Shown piece by piece: positions 9,455-20,134 of a stretch of DNA of 64,000 nucleotides; the first letter of the stretch is position 1, and each line of letters starts with the position of its first letter. A model generated the notes under the pieces. The model had not been told where the DNA came from and ran no database searches. It saw only the letters and a program-made list of their open reading frames with translations. A program made the position numbers and the translations under genes. Origin of the DNA: an uncultured Phycisphaerales bacterium (lineage in GTDB: Bacteria > Planctomycetota > Phycisphaerae > Tepidisphaerales > Tepidisphaeraceae); NCBI GenBank assembly GCA_963755915.1, contig CAVWLP010000002.1:192001-256000 (forward strand), in the 5' to 3' direction.

Positions 9455-10609
9455 ATGTCGGAAAACACTGTCGCGAAAACGGCGTTTCGATTTGTGCTGA
9501 TCCTGGGGATCGTGAATCTGTTTGCGGATATGACCTATGAAGGCGGCCGCGGGATCGCCGGACCGTTTCTGGGGTCGCTGGGGGCGAGCGCGGCGGTTGT
9601 GGGATTCGTCGCGGGGTTTGGGGAATTGATCGGGTTTGGATTGCGATCGGTAACGGGATACCTCGGCGACAAATCGCATCGGTATTGGCTGATGATTTTC
9701 ATCGGGTATGGGGTGAACATGCTGGCGGTGCCGGCGCTGGCGCTGGCGGGAAATTGGCCGCTGGCGGCGGCGCTTCTCATAGCCGAGCGGACGGGGAAGT
9801 CGATTCGAAAACCAAACGTCGAGGCGATGCTCTCCCATGCGGCAAAGACGCTGGGCAACGGGTGGGTGTTTGGATTGAACGAAGCGCTGGACCAGACGGG
9901 GGCGACGCTTGGGCCGTTGATCACGGCGCTGGTGCTCTATCTGCGCGGCGGATACCACCACGCGTTCGCGGCGCTGCTGGTTTCGGCGCTGCTTTGTCTG
10001 GCGACGCTGACGGTTGCGCGGCTGACATATCCGCGGCCGCATGAACCGGAGGAACGCGAGCCGCATATGCCCAGCGCGGCGGGGATGCCGCGGGCGTATT
10101 GGAAATATCTGGTCGCGGGGATGCTGATCGCCGCGGGTTTTTCCGACTTTTCGCTGGCGGCGTTTCGTTTTCGGCAGTCGGGGACGGTGAGCGAAGCCAT
10201 CATCCCGGTTTTTTATGCGGCCGCCATGGCAACGGGGGCGATTTCGGCGCTGATTTTCGGCTGGCTGCTGGACCGCGTGGGGAGGCGGGTGCTGGTGGTG
10301 GCGTTTGTGATTCCGGCGCTGGTGGCGCCGCTGGTTTTTATGGGGGGGTTTGCCGCGGCGCTGGTGGGCGTCATCGGCTGGGGGATTGGGATTGGGGCGC
10401 AGGATACGCTTCTGAAGGCCGTGCTGGTGAAGATCATCGGGCGGGAAAAACGTGCCACCGCTTTCGGAGTGTTCGATACGGCATTCGGGATCGCGTGGTT
10501 CGCGGGGAGCGCGACGATGGGGTTGCTTTATGATTATTCGATCACCGGGCTGGTGGTGTTTTCGGTGGTGCTGCAATTGGCGGCGCTGCCGGTGATGCTT
10601 TTGGCGTGA
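9455..10609 (+). CDS. MFS transporter
   Basis: About 12 TM segments, 'FADMTYEGGR', 'GWLLDRVGRR'. Confidence 0.85.
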   Translation: MSENTVAKTAFRFVLILGIVNLFADMTYEGGRGIAGPFLGSLGASAAVVGFVAGFGELIGFGLRSVTGYLGDKSHRYWLMIFIGYGVNMLAVPALALAGNWPLAAALLIAERTGKSIRKPNVEAMLSHAAKTLGNGWVFGLNEALDQTGATLGPLITALVLYLRGGYHHAFAALLVSALLCLATLTVARLTYPRPHEPEEREPHMPSAAGMPRAYWKYLVAGMLIAAGFSDFSLAAFRFRQSGTVSEAIIPVFYAAAMATGAISALIFGWLLDRVGRRVLVVAFVIPALVAPLVFMGGFAAALVGVIGWGIGIGAQDTLLKAVLVKIIGREKRATAFGVFDTAFGIAWFAGSATMGLLYDYSITGLVVFSVVLQLAALPVMLLA

Positions 10610-10659
10610 GAGGAAGTGCTCTGATGACTCTCAACTCTGGGCAAATACACCTTGCATCG

Positions 10660-11160
10660 CTACTCAAGCAACTGCGAATCCGATTCATTCACCCGGGGTT
10701 GCACACCATAGCTGTCGATCAGCCTGGCGCACGTATTCCATCGAAGCAGCGCATCATCATTGCCCGGCGGGCGAATTGCCGCCGCTTCATCGTAAAATCG
10801 CATGGCGATCGATAAGTAATCGTGGGCAAGAAAAGCCGACTGCGGAGAATCTTGATCCAAAATCGCTTTGGCGCGTCGCTCGGCCACGATGCCGGCGTAA
10901 TACTTCCGCGCGTATTCACTGTGCAGGCGGGCGATCACTTCGTCCGGATGCATTTTGCTGAGTTTGTACCCCTGCCCAAACTGGTCGGTTATCGCCAAAA
11001 GCAAAGTCACCAGCGCCAACTGATCCTGGGGATCAACTTCCAGAATATCGAGGCAGATGCTTTCGGCCAGCATCGGTTCATTCAACAGGCGGTACCGCTC
11101 GGCTCTTTCCTGTGCCCGCGGAATTGCCTCTTTGGAGAGCCTTTTGAGAGGTATTGGCAT
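10660..11160 (-). CDS. Hypothetical helical protein, last gene of the sdh operon
   Basis: 166-aa ORF 12 bp downstream of sdhB, same strand. Confidence 0.7.
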   Translation of the reverse strand: MPIPLKRLSKEAIPRAQERAERYRLLNEPMLAESICLDILEVDPQDQLALVTLLLAITDQFGQGYKLSKMHPDEVIARLHSEYARKYYAGIVAERRAKAILDQDSPQSAFLAHDYLSIAMRFYDEAAAIRPPGNDDALLRWNTCARLIDSYGVQPRVNESDSQLLE

Positions 11161-11172
11161 GCGCGCTTCCCT

Positions 11173-11912
11173 CTATGAACGAAGGACTCGCAGCAACCGC
11201 TTGATCGGATCATAATAGCGATCAGCGACGCGTTCCTTCAGCGGAATGATGGCGTTGTCGGTAATCTTGATATTCTCAGGACACACCTTCGTACAGCACT
11301 TGGTAATGTTGCACAATCCAACCCCCTCTGCCTGCTTCAAGTCCGGCAGACGATCCTCTGTATCCAGCGGATGCATTTCCAGGGCGGCGGTATAAACGAA
11401 AAAGCGCGGACCGATAAATTTGTCGTGCTGATGGTGATCGCGCAGCACGTGGCAGACATCCTGGCAGAGGAAGCATTCGATGCATTTGCGGAATTCCTGC
11501 ACGCGATCGACATCCTGCTGCGCCATTTTCCACGTGCCGTCCGCATTGTCGGGCTTGCGCGGCTTGAATGGCTTGATCTGGGTCTTCACCCGGAAGTTCC
11601 AGGAAACGTCCGTCACCAGGTCGCGTATCGGTGGAAACGCGCGCATCGGTTCAATCGTCACCGGCTTGGTTAAATCCAGATCGTTCAGCCGGGTCATGCA
11701 CATGAGCCGGGGCATGCCGTTGATCTCGGCCGAGCACGATCCACACTTGCCGGCCTTGCAGTTCCATCGACAGGCCAGATCGTTGCTTTGCTCGGCCTGG
11801 ATCTGATGAACGGCGTCGAGGACGACCATGCCTTCGGAGGCTTCGGTCGAATAGTCGACAAGTTTTCCCCCGAGCTGTCCCCGCGCCAGATGCTGAACGT
11901 CGCCTTTGCCAT
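11173..11912 (-). CDS. sdhB: Succinate dehydrogenase/fumarate reductase Fe-S subunit (frameshift near 11870)
   Basis: 'RWNCKAGKCGSC', 'CIECFLCQDVC', 'CNITKCCTKVCP'. The N-terminus MAKATFSIWRGD is in another frame. Confidence 0.9.
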
Positions 11913-11914
11913 GG

Positions 11915-13728
11915 TTATGCCATTTCCTTGATGATTGCTTGAAGCTCGGCCGGAATGGGCTTGAGTGGTTCACGGCGGATTTGCATTTGGCCGCCTTCGC
12001 CCTGATAGCTAACGACGTTGAAGGTCGCATACGCGTCGTCTTTGGCGGGGAAGTCATCCCGAAAATGCCCGCCGCGGCTTTCTTTACGCTCCAGGCGCAG
12101 CGGGTAATTGCCTCGGAAACGGCCAGCAGATTGCGCAGGTCCAAAGCGGTGTGCCAGCCGGGATTGTATTCACGATTTCCGGCAACGGCGATTTTTGCGG
12201 CACGCGTGCCAGGGCGGCGATATTTTCCAGCGCCCGCCGCATTTCATCCTCCCGGCGAACGATGCCGACCAGGTCCTGCATCGTTTGCTGAAGGTCCTGC
12301 TGCACTTGAAACGGCCCGTCGGCGCCGCCGCGCGCGATCAAACGGGGCCAGCGTTTGCTTGGCGATCTGATCCACCTGGTCGTTGTTGATCTTCCCCGCC
12401 GCGTTTTCCTTCGCGTACCTGGCCGCGTATTCACCGGCGCGCTTGCCGAAGACCAGCAGATCGGAAAGTGAATTGCCGCCGAGGCGATTCGCGCCATTGA
12501 TGCCGGCGGCACATTCACCGGCGGCGAATAACCCGGGGATGCTGGACATCTGGCTGTCGCTGTCCACCCGCACGCCGCCCATGATGTAGTGCGTGGTTGG
12601 GCCGACTTCCATCGGCACGGCGGTAATATCGATCTCCGCCAGTTGCTTGAATTGATGGTACATGCTCGGCAGTTTCTTCTGGATGTGAGCGGCCGAGTTG
12701 GCGATTTTTTCGCTGATCCAGGAGATGTCGAGAAACACACCGCCGTGGGGGCTGCCGCGACCGGCTTTGACCTCGCGCATGATGCAGCGGGCGACGTGGT
12801 CGCGCGTCAGCAGTTCAGGCGGCCGCCGGGCATTTTTGTCCCCCTGGGTATAGCGCCAGCCTTCTTCTTCGTTGTCGGCGGTTTGGTTGCGATAGTTTTC
12901 CGGGATGTCATCGAACATGAACCGGCGGCCGTCTTTGTTGCGCAAAACGCCGCCTTCGCCGCGAACGCCTTCAGTGACGAGAATTCCGCGAACGCTGGGA
13001 GGCCAGACCATGCCAGTGGGATGGAACTGGATGAATTCCATGTCGATCAGTTCGGCGCCGGCGAAATAAGCCAGTGCATGGCCATCGCCAGTGCCTTCCC
13101 AACTGTTGCTGGTGATTTTGTACGCCCGGCCGATTCCTCCGGTGGCAAGCACGATCGCTTTCGCCTGAAAGAGTTTGAACCGGCCATGTTCGCGTTCGTA
13201 ACCAAAGGCCCCCACGATCCGATCGCCGTCCTTGAGCAGCGCGACGATGGTGCATTCCATGTGAACATCCATGCCTTGATGGATGCCGTGGTCTTGCAGG
13301 GTGCGAATGAGTTCAAGTCCAGTGCGGTCGCCGACGTGGGCGAGGCGCGGATAACGATGGCCGCCGAAGTTTCTCTGCAGGATTTTCCCGTCTTTCGTAC
13401 GGTCAAAAACGGCGCCCCAGGCTTCAAGTTCGCGCACGCGGTCAGGCGCTTCCTTGGCGTGCAGCTCGGCCATGCGCCAGTTGTTTACATACTGTCCGCC
13501 TCGCATGGTGTCGGAGAAATGGACTTTCCAATTATCGCGATCATCGACATTGGCCAGCGCGGCGGCGATTCCGCCCTCGGCCATCACCGTGTGTGCCTTG
13601 CCGAGCAGGGATTTGCAGATCAGGCCGACCGACACACCGCTGCCGGAGGCCTCGATGGCGGCACGCAATCCCGCTCCACCGGCGCCAATAACCAAAACGT
13701 CATAGGCATGGGTGGCATATTCGGCCAT
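11915..13728 (-). CDS. sdhA: Succinate dehydrogenase/fumarate reductase flavoprotein (several frameshifts between ~12090 and 12340)
   Basis: GAGGAG, FAD-His motif 'AHTVMAEGG', 'QFHPTG', 'HYIMGG', 'GANRLGGNSL'. The C-terminal 'ESRGGHFR' is recovered across frames. Confidence 0.9.
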
Positions 13729-14532
13729 TTAGAAGATTCTCCAGTCGTGCCAGATGCCCATGCTGCACAGGCGAACGTACAGGTCGGCAAACCCCACGCT
13801 GAAAAGGCTGCACCATGCCCAGACCATGTGGCGGCGATTGAGGCAGCTCACGCAGTTGTAGGCCTTAAAACAAACGGCAGATTTAGAAATTTCGTCGCGG
13901 CCGCCGCCGATCAGGTGCCGCAGCGAATGACAGCCGAAGGTATAGCTGGCCAGCAGGCAAACGTTCACCGCAAGCACAAGCGTGCCGACACCAATGCCAA
14001 AATGGTTTTTCCCGCTGACGGGATCAAAAAACCACAATGCGTTCCAGACATCCGAGGCCAGAAGAAAGATGAAGATGATCGCCAGATATAAGAAGTAGCG
14101 GTGGATATTTTGCAAAATCAGCGGCAGGGAGTTCTCACCCAAATAGGATTTTCTTGGCTCGCCCACTGCGCAAGCAATCGGATCCGCCCAGAATGCTTTG
14201 TAATATGCCCCGCGATAGTAATAACAGGTGAGCCGAAAACCCCCCGGCGCCCAAAGAATCAGAAATGCCGGCGACCAGGGCATCCACGAGGGAAACCAAT
14301 GCGGCTTGGCCCCAAACCAGCTATGCGGATCACCAAAGAGTTCCGGCGAATAAAACGGCGAAAGATACGGCCCGAACCGATAATGCGCCGCCTGAAATGC
14401 CGCCCAGGTCGAATAGACAATGAAGGTACTGAATCCCAAAAACACCAATAGCGGCTGCACCCACCAAAGGTCTTTACGACGTGTTTCTGCGAAGGAACGC
14501 GCGACGGGTAACGATCGGGGTAGTTGACTCAT
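13729..14532 (-). CDS. Succinate dehydrogenase membrane subunit, mycobacterial Sdh1 (Rv0249c)-like
   Basis: About 5 TM with 'FRLTCYYYRGAYY', 'QNIHRYF', 'GCHSLRH'. Abuts sdhA. Confidence 0.75.
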   Translation of the reverse strand: MSQLPRSLPVARSFAETRRKDLWWVQPLLVFLGFSTFIVYSTWAAFQAAHYRFGPYLSPFYSPELFGDPHSWFGAKPHWFPSWMPWSPAFLILWAPGGFRLTCYYYRGAYYKAFWADPIACAVGEPRKSYLGENSLPLILQNIHRYFLYLAIIFIFLLASDVWNALWFFDPVSGKNHFGIGVGTLVLAVNVCLLASYTFGCHSLRHLIGGGRDEISKSAVCFKAYNCVSCLNRRHMVWAWCSLFSVGFADLYVRLCSMGIWHDWRIF

Positions 14533-14749
14533 AAACGCGAGGCAAAGGCTCTCAGTCCGGCTCGCCTCATTCTTAACGGAAACCGCGCATTCCGCAACGG
14601 GTGTGGCGAGATCAGGGATGCGCCAGACTTTAAGCCTTCGGCCGTGAAGCTGGCATGCAGCGGCCCGACGGATTGAAACCCAGAATCAGTCGCGTGCCTC
14701 AGATTGCCAAGTCGAGGCTTTATCAGCTATTTTTAGAGCCTTAAACGCA

Positions 14750-15082
14750 ATGCCGCTCGATATCAAAGAGTCCGATTGGAAGAACCTGCGGAAATTGTCC
14801 GAGGTCGCGATGGGTCGGGCCTTTGATCGCGCGATTGCGCGTATGCAAACGATTCTCTCGATGAACCGCAAGAGTCAGATCAAATTCTGGGATATCAAGG
14901 AGTATGCCGACGAGCAGCGCAAGCGGCTGGCAAGACTTTTTGATGAATTGAAAAGATCCAATGCGATTGAGCGTCTGGCGATGATCTGGCGCGAAGATCT
15001 TTTGACAGATGAAGAGATGGAATCCTTTAGCCCTGACACCCGGCAGAAGGCGCGTCAATTGAGGGAATTTTTCGAGCGGTGA
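14750..15082 (+). CDS. Hypothetical protein
   Basis: 110-aa charged helical ORF 'DIKESDWKNLRKL...'. Confidence 0.6.
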   Translation: MPLDIKESDWKNLRKLSEVAMGRAFDRAIARMQTILSMNRKSQIKFWDIKEYADEQRKRLARLFDELKRSNAIERLAMIWREDLLTDEEMESFSPDTRQKARQLREFFER

Positions 15083-15145
15083 TTTTTTCTCTCATCAAAG
15101 GTGCAGAACTGTCGCCGCTTCCGGTTCGCGCATGTCGCAGATTCC

Positions 15146-17229
15146 TTACACCGCCGTCCGCCCCTCATACTGGCCATACTCCAGCCAATGGATGAAACCG
15201 TCTGGAAATTCGTGCGCTTCAACAGCCGCCGCCACATCCGAGTTATCCGCCAGATATGTTGTCTCGTTGTAGTAGTTGGACGCCACTCGCCCCTCGAATT
15301 GGCCATACTCGATGAACTGCTCAAAGTCCGACGAAAACGGCTCGCCGGTCACGTAGGGGAAGATATCGCTGTTATCCGCGTCGTAAACCGTGGACGAGAA
15401 GTAAAGCATCGGCGAGAGCCCTTGGTATTGACCGGCATCACAGAATTGCTCAAACGCAGACGTATATGTTCCAGCAGTGATGGCCGCGGCAACATTGGGG
15501 TTGTTATCCAGGTAGTACTGCGTGTTGAAATACAGCAATCCGCCGCGGTTCTCATACTGCCCGTAGAGGTAATACTGCATGAATCCCGAGCTGACCGTGT
15601 GATTCTCAACCGCCGCCGCCACGTCCGGATTCTCCGTTAGATACCATGACTCATTCCAATAAGGATTTGGGCTGCGCCCTTCGTACTGGCCGTACTCAAT
15701 GTAGTGGTCGTACCCCGTGGCGATTACACCCGCCTGCACGGCTGCCGCCACGTCGGGATTCTGCTCGAGGTAATAATGCTCGTCGAAGAGCGAGTTTTGG
15801 CTCGTGAGCGTCACGCTCGCCAGCAACACAGGTCCCCCCGATACCAGGGCGTAAATGTCGGCGGTGTGGTTACCGGCAGTCAGCATCGGCGTCGCATAAG
15901 TGAACCCGCGGTTGGGAGATTGCAAAAGCCCCACAAGGTCCGGCCGCGACTGGTCCGCCGCGATATACTGCGTCGGTCCCCCGCTGATCGCGATCTCAAC
16001 GTCGACGTAGGACCCGTTGTTTGCCGGATCAAACGCCCACCCGGTGATTTCGTTCATGTTTGCCGAATCCACCGAGCCAACGTCGGTCGTGATCGGTTTG
16101 GAAAGCGATGGAATCTGGTTGCCATTGTTCGCTTCCAGGGTGAAAAAACCGGTGCCACTGAGAGTAACACTCTTAAAGGTGGCGACCCCATAGAGCGCTG
16201 CGCGGTCAGTGTTCCGCTGATTCCCGCACCCGTCGGACCATACCCGATCGAAAGCGTGATCGTGGAATCGTTGGTGGTGACGATGTTGCCGAAATCGTCT
16301 ACCACGTCGACGGTGAACGGACCGGTCGCCGCGCCGCTCGCGTCATATGTCGGCTGCGAGGCGAAAACCAGGTGCGTTGCCGTTGCTGGATTGCTCTGAA
16401 CCGCATCCGCGACAGGCGTGTTCAGCCCCGTGATCAGCGGCACCTCTTCAGCCGTGCCGTTGTTGTCCCACTTATCAACCGTGCCCCCGTTGTTGGCGAT
16501 AATCTCGTCATCCGTGTACGGCGCAATTCCCGTCGGACTGCTTAGCCCCGAAACCAGGGCCGGATTCAACGTCTGCCCCAAGGTATTAAATTCCGCCTCG
16601 GTGCCGCTGCCGGCGTTGATGACAAATAGATTGGTGCCTTCCACCGTCAGTCCATAAGGTCGGTCCAGCCCGGTCGTAAGAAGTCTCGCGTTCACGGTTC
16701 CCCCGACGGTCGTGTACTCCCCGACGGTGTTACCCGCCGGGCTCGTGATAAAAAGCTGGGTCCCCCAAACCGAAATTCCCCACGGCGCGATCAGGTTCGA
16801 AATCAAGCTGGCATTGACGGTAGCCCCGGTAGTGCTGTACTCGCCAACGAATCCAGTCGCGCCCTGCTCCACGACGAAAATGTTGTTCCCCTCTACAGCG
16901 ATTCCACCCGGAGCGTTCAGGCCCGAAACCAGCGCGGTATTCACAACGGCTCCACTGGTCGTGTATTCGCTTATGGTTCCGGAGGTCGGGTTGGTGAAGA
17001 ACAGGTCGTTGCCCGAAATCGCCATCCCGCCCAGGCCGGTATCAAGTCCCGTGATCAGCGCCGGAGTGGAGGAACTGATTCCCGACCCGGTGAATTCATA
17101 TACACCCACGTTTCCGTCAACGGTTCGCACAAAGAACGACGCACTGCTTAGAAGGGTCCGCTGTTCCAGCGGCTCCACGGCCCAGACTGCTTTTTGAATA
17201 CGATTCCCACGTTTCGACGCTCTCAGCAT
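15146..17229 (-). CDS. Large secreted planctomycete-type protein (LEPRxLL leader, beta-propeller repeats, C-terminal 'YL..NPDVAAAV...G..EGR' repeats), frameshifted at ~16070-16200
   Basis: 'VEPLEQRTLLS'; repeated 'EYTTSGAVVN..L.SGL..P.GI'; about four ~50-aa C-terminal repeats. Split into ORFs 16054..17229 and 15146..16072. Confidence 0.7.
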
Positions 17230-17682
17230 GGCACACTCCTTTGCTATCCAACTGAAATTTGATCGTTGCCCAAACGGTTGTGACTGTTTGGGCCAGCATC
17301 ATAACACGCGGAGCGAGCGTGAGACAGCTCCTATACACAAATATTGCCCGATTAACTTCGCCAGAGGCCAAGTACTTTTTTGGGATGAATCCGACTCGCT
17401 CAGGTTTGTGGGCGATTGGCCGAATCGAACCGCTTTCGCAATCACCGCCTTCGATTCTTGATCAAAGGGTTGAAGACATCACTTAAGTTTCCAACGACGT
17501 TGGCCAAAAGCCGAAAGAGCTTGATCAACCGAGACGCCAAACGATTCAGCGATGGCTTCGATTGTGCTGCCGGATTGGAGCAATTGTTTGGGCGTGAAAT
17601 CGGGAACCACGATGATGGCCAGCACACTTAACGCGATCGATACCGCGTCCAAGGTTCATCCAGCCACTTATTGCCTTCCACA

Positions 17683-18759
17683 TCAACAGATGCGCGGAAG
17701 CTGTTCCCCCGCCAGCATTGTAACTACGCGTTCTCCTCCCACCAGTGACTTTTGCACGACCATTCCCACATGATTGTCCACAATCTCCCCGATGATGGCG
17801 GCATGGCGGCCCAGCGAATGGTTCTTCATCGCTGACAACACCCTCTCCGCCATGTTCCGGGGGACGACGGAAATCAGCTTCCCCTCATTAGCCACGTAAA
17901 GTGGATCCAGTCCTAGTATTTCGCAGGCGGCTCTGACTTCCGGTTTGAGCGGAATTGCCCGCTCTTCGATTCGAACGCCCACCCTCGATGCCACCGCCAA
18001 CTCGTTTAAAGCGCTAGCCACGCCTCCCCGTGTTGGATCGCGCATGCATCGGATTGACTGCGACGCATGAAACATCGATTGCACCAGATCAGTCAGCGGA
18101 GCGCAGTCACTCTCGAGCACGGTTTCGAATTCAATTCCTTCGCGCACTGACATAATAGAGATGCCATGATCTCCAATCGTGCCGGATAGCAAGACTTTAT
18201 CGCCCGGCTGCGCGTTCGCAATGGAAAGCTCGATTCCGACCGGTATCAATCCCACGCCGGCGGTGGTGATGAAAACCTGATCGCCCTTCCCGCGATCCAC
18301 GACCTTGGTGTCTCCCGTCACCAGCGCCACCTGTGCCTTTTCGCACGCCGCCTTCATCGAGGCGACGATCCGCTTCAAATCCTCAATCGGCAACCCCTCT
18401 TCAAGAATAAACGCTGCCGAAAGAAACAAGGGTTTAGCTCCTCCAACAGCCAAATCATTCACGGTTCCACAAACCGCGAGCTTGCCAATGTCCCCACCCG
18501 GAAAAAACAGCGGCCGGACCACAAAAGAATCCGTCGTGAACGCAAGCCGCGGATTTGCCTCCGATTGCAGTTGGATCGTTGCTTGGTCTTCAAGCCGATT
18601 GAGGGTTGTATTGTCAAACCCCTGAAGAAATACCTGCCGGATTAAATCGTTGCTGAGGGTCCCTCCGCTCCCGTGGCCGAGAAGTATCCGATCATATTGC
18701 GAGTGAGGCAGCGGACAACTGCCCAAGGCGGCGACCAGATCCTTCCCTGGCATGCTCAT
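17683..18759 (-). CDS. hypE: Hydrogenase maturation carbamoyl dehydratase
   Basis: 'HGSGG', '[17 protein letters not shown]', 'MRDPTRGG', C-terminal PRIC. ATGA overlap with hypD. Confidence 0.95.
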   Translation of the reverse strand: MSMPGKDLVAALGSCPLPHSQYDRILLGHGSGGTLSNDLIRQVFLQGFDNTTLNRLEDQATIQLQSEANPRLAFTTDSFVVRPLFFPGGDIGKLAVCGTVNDLAVGGAKPLFLSAAFILEEGLPIEDLKRIVASMKAACEKAQVALVTGDTKVVDRGKGDQVFITTAGVGLIPVGIELSIANAQPGDKVLLSGTIGDHGISIMSVREGIEFETVLESDCAPLTDLVQSMFHASQSIRCMRDPTRGGVASALNELAVASRVGVRIEERAIPLKPEVRAACEILGLDPLYVANEGKLISVVPRNMAERVLSAMKNHSLGRHAAIIGEIVDNHVGMVVQKSLVGGERVVTMLAGEQLPRIC

Positions 18760-19883
18760 TTGCTCCCTCCAATTTGGACCAGCTTGCCTTCCCCCTCCAA
18801 ATGCCTTCCATAAGCATAATACGCCGCGCATGCCCCCTCGGCAGAAACCATCGTCGCCCCCAGCGGCGCATGCGGCATGCATCGTTTCCCAAACGCCGGG
18901 CAATCATGCGGCTTCTTCAATCCGCGAAGAATCTGACCGCTGATGCACTCGCTCGATTCGGCCGTTTTGATCGTCCCTACGTCAAACGATTGCTCCGCAT
19001 CATAGTCGCTGAACTCCTGCCGCAGCCGATACCCACTCATTGGAATGTTGCCGATTCCGCGCCAGGTGCGATCGCCCACTTCAAATACCTTCTCGATCAA
19101 TTTCTTCGAATCACAATTCCCTTCATACCGCACCGCGCGGCTGTATTGGTTTTCCACCTTTCCAATCCCCGCCTCCAGCTGGTGAACCGTCATCAAAATC
19201 CCTTCCAGCATATCCAGCGGCTCAAAGCCGGTGATGACAATCGGCACCCGATACCGCTTGGCGATCGGCTCATACTCGCTGCATCCCATCACCGTGCACA
19301 CGTGTCCCGGCCCCAAAAAACCCTGCACCCGATTGCCGGACGATTCCAAAATCGCCGTCATCGCGGGTGGCACGAGCACGTGCGAAACCAAAGTGCTGAA
19401 GTTCTTTAATCCACGCTTATGGGCCAGCCACACTGCCATCGCATTCGGCGGCGCGGTCGTCTCAAACCCGATCGCAAAAAAGACGACTTTTCGATCTGGA
19501 TTAGCGGCTGCTAGATTCACTGCATCCAGCGGCGAATAAACGATTCGGATATCGCTCCCCTGCGACTTCAGGGAAAGCAAATCCCCCCGCGACCCCGGTA
19601 CCCGAAGCATGTCGCCGAAGGAAGCAAAAATGACTTCGGGCCGTGCCGCAATCGCATGCGCCCGGTCGATCATCTCCAGTGCCGTCACGCACACCGGACA
19701 CCCCGGCCCGTGCACCAGCTCGATGTCCGACGGAATCAGATTGTCGATTCCGTACTTCACGATCGTGTGGGTCTGCCCCCCGCAGACTTCCATGATGCAC
19801 CACTCTCGCGTGGTAATGTGCGCAATGGCATCGGCCATTTTTTTGGCCGCCGCCCCGTCTCGATATTCGTCTATGTATTTCAT
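18756..19883 (-). CDS. hypD: Hydrogenase maturation protein
   Basis: 'MEVCGGQTH', 'GPGCPVC', 'GFETT', 'PGHV', 'MVSAEGAC'. Confidence 0.95.
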   Translation of the reverse strand: MKYIDEYRDGAAAKKMADAIAHITTREWCIMEVCGGQTHTIVKYGIDNLIPSDIELVHGPGCPVCVTALEMIDRAHAIAARPEVIFASFGDMLRVPGSRGDLLSLKSQGSDIRIVYSPLDAVNLAAANPDRKVVFFAIGFETTAPPNAMAVWLAHKRGLKNFSTLVSHVLVPPAMTAILESSGNRVQGFLGPGHVCTVMGCSEYEPIAKRYRVPIVITGFEPLDMLEGILMTVHQLEAGIGKVENQYSRAVRYEGNCDSKKLIEKVFEVGDRTWRGIGNIPMSGYRLRQEFSDYDAEQSFDVGTIKTAESSECISGQILRGLKKPHDCPAFGKRCMPHAPLGATMVSAEGACAAYYAYGRHLEGEGKLVQIGGSK

Positions 19884-20131
19884 GATGACGGTGTCTTCAG
19901 CTCATCGAGTTGATTCATGTTTTCCAGAAACTCAAAAACCCTCTGCGCCTCGTCCGCATCGATCTTTGACAACGCAAACCCCACGTGGACGATCACATAC
20001 TCACCGACTTGTGCGTCGGGCACGTGCGCCAGACAAACTTCTTTGGAAACACCTCCGAAATCGACTTTCCCCATGAGCACGTCGTGCTCCTGATACGTCT
20101 TGACGATCTTACCGGGAATGCCAAGACACAT
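19880..20131 (-). CDS. hypC: Hydrogenase chaperone
   Basis: 'MCLGIPG', 'VHVGFA'. Confidence 0.95.
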   Translation of the reverse strand: MCLGIPGKIVKTYQEHDVLMGKVDFGGVSKEVCLAHVPDAQVGEYVIVHVGFALSKIDADEAQRVFEFLENMNQLDELKTPSS

Positions 20132-20134
20132 GGC

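Noticed and set aside
17416-17660. Short ORFs and an HTH-like fragment downstream of hypE
   Set aside because: No clear start, RBS or family match; possibly decayed junction DNA.
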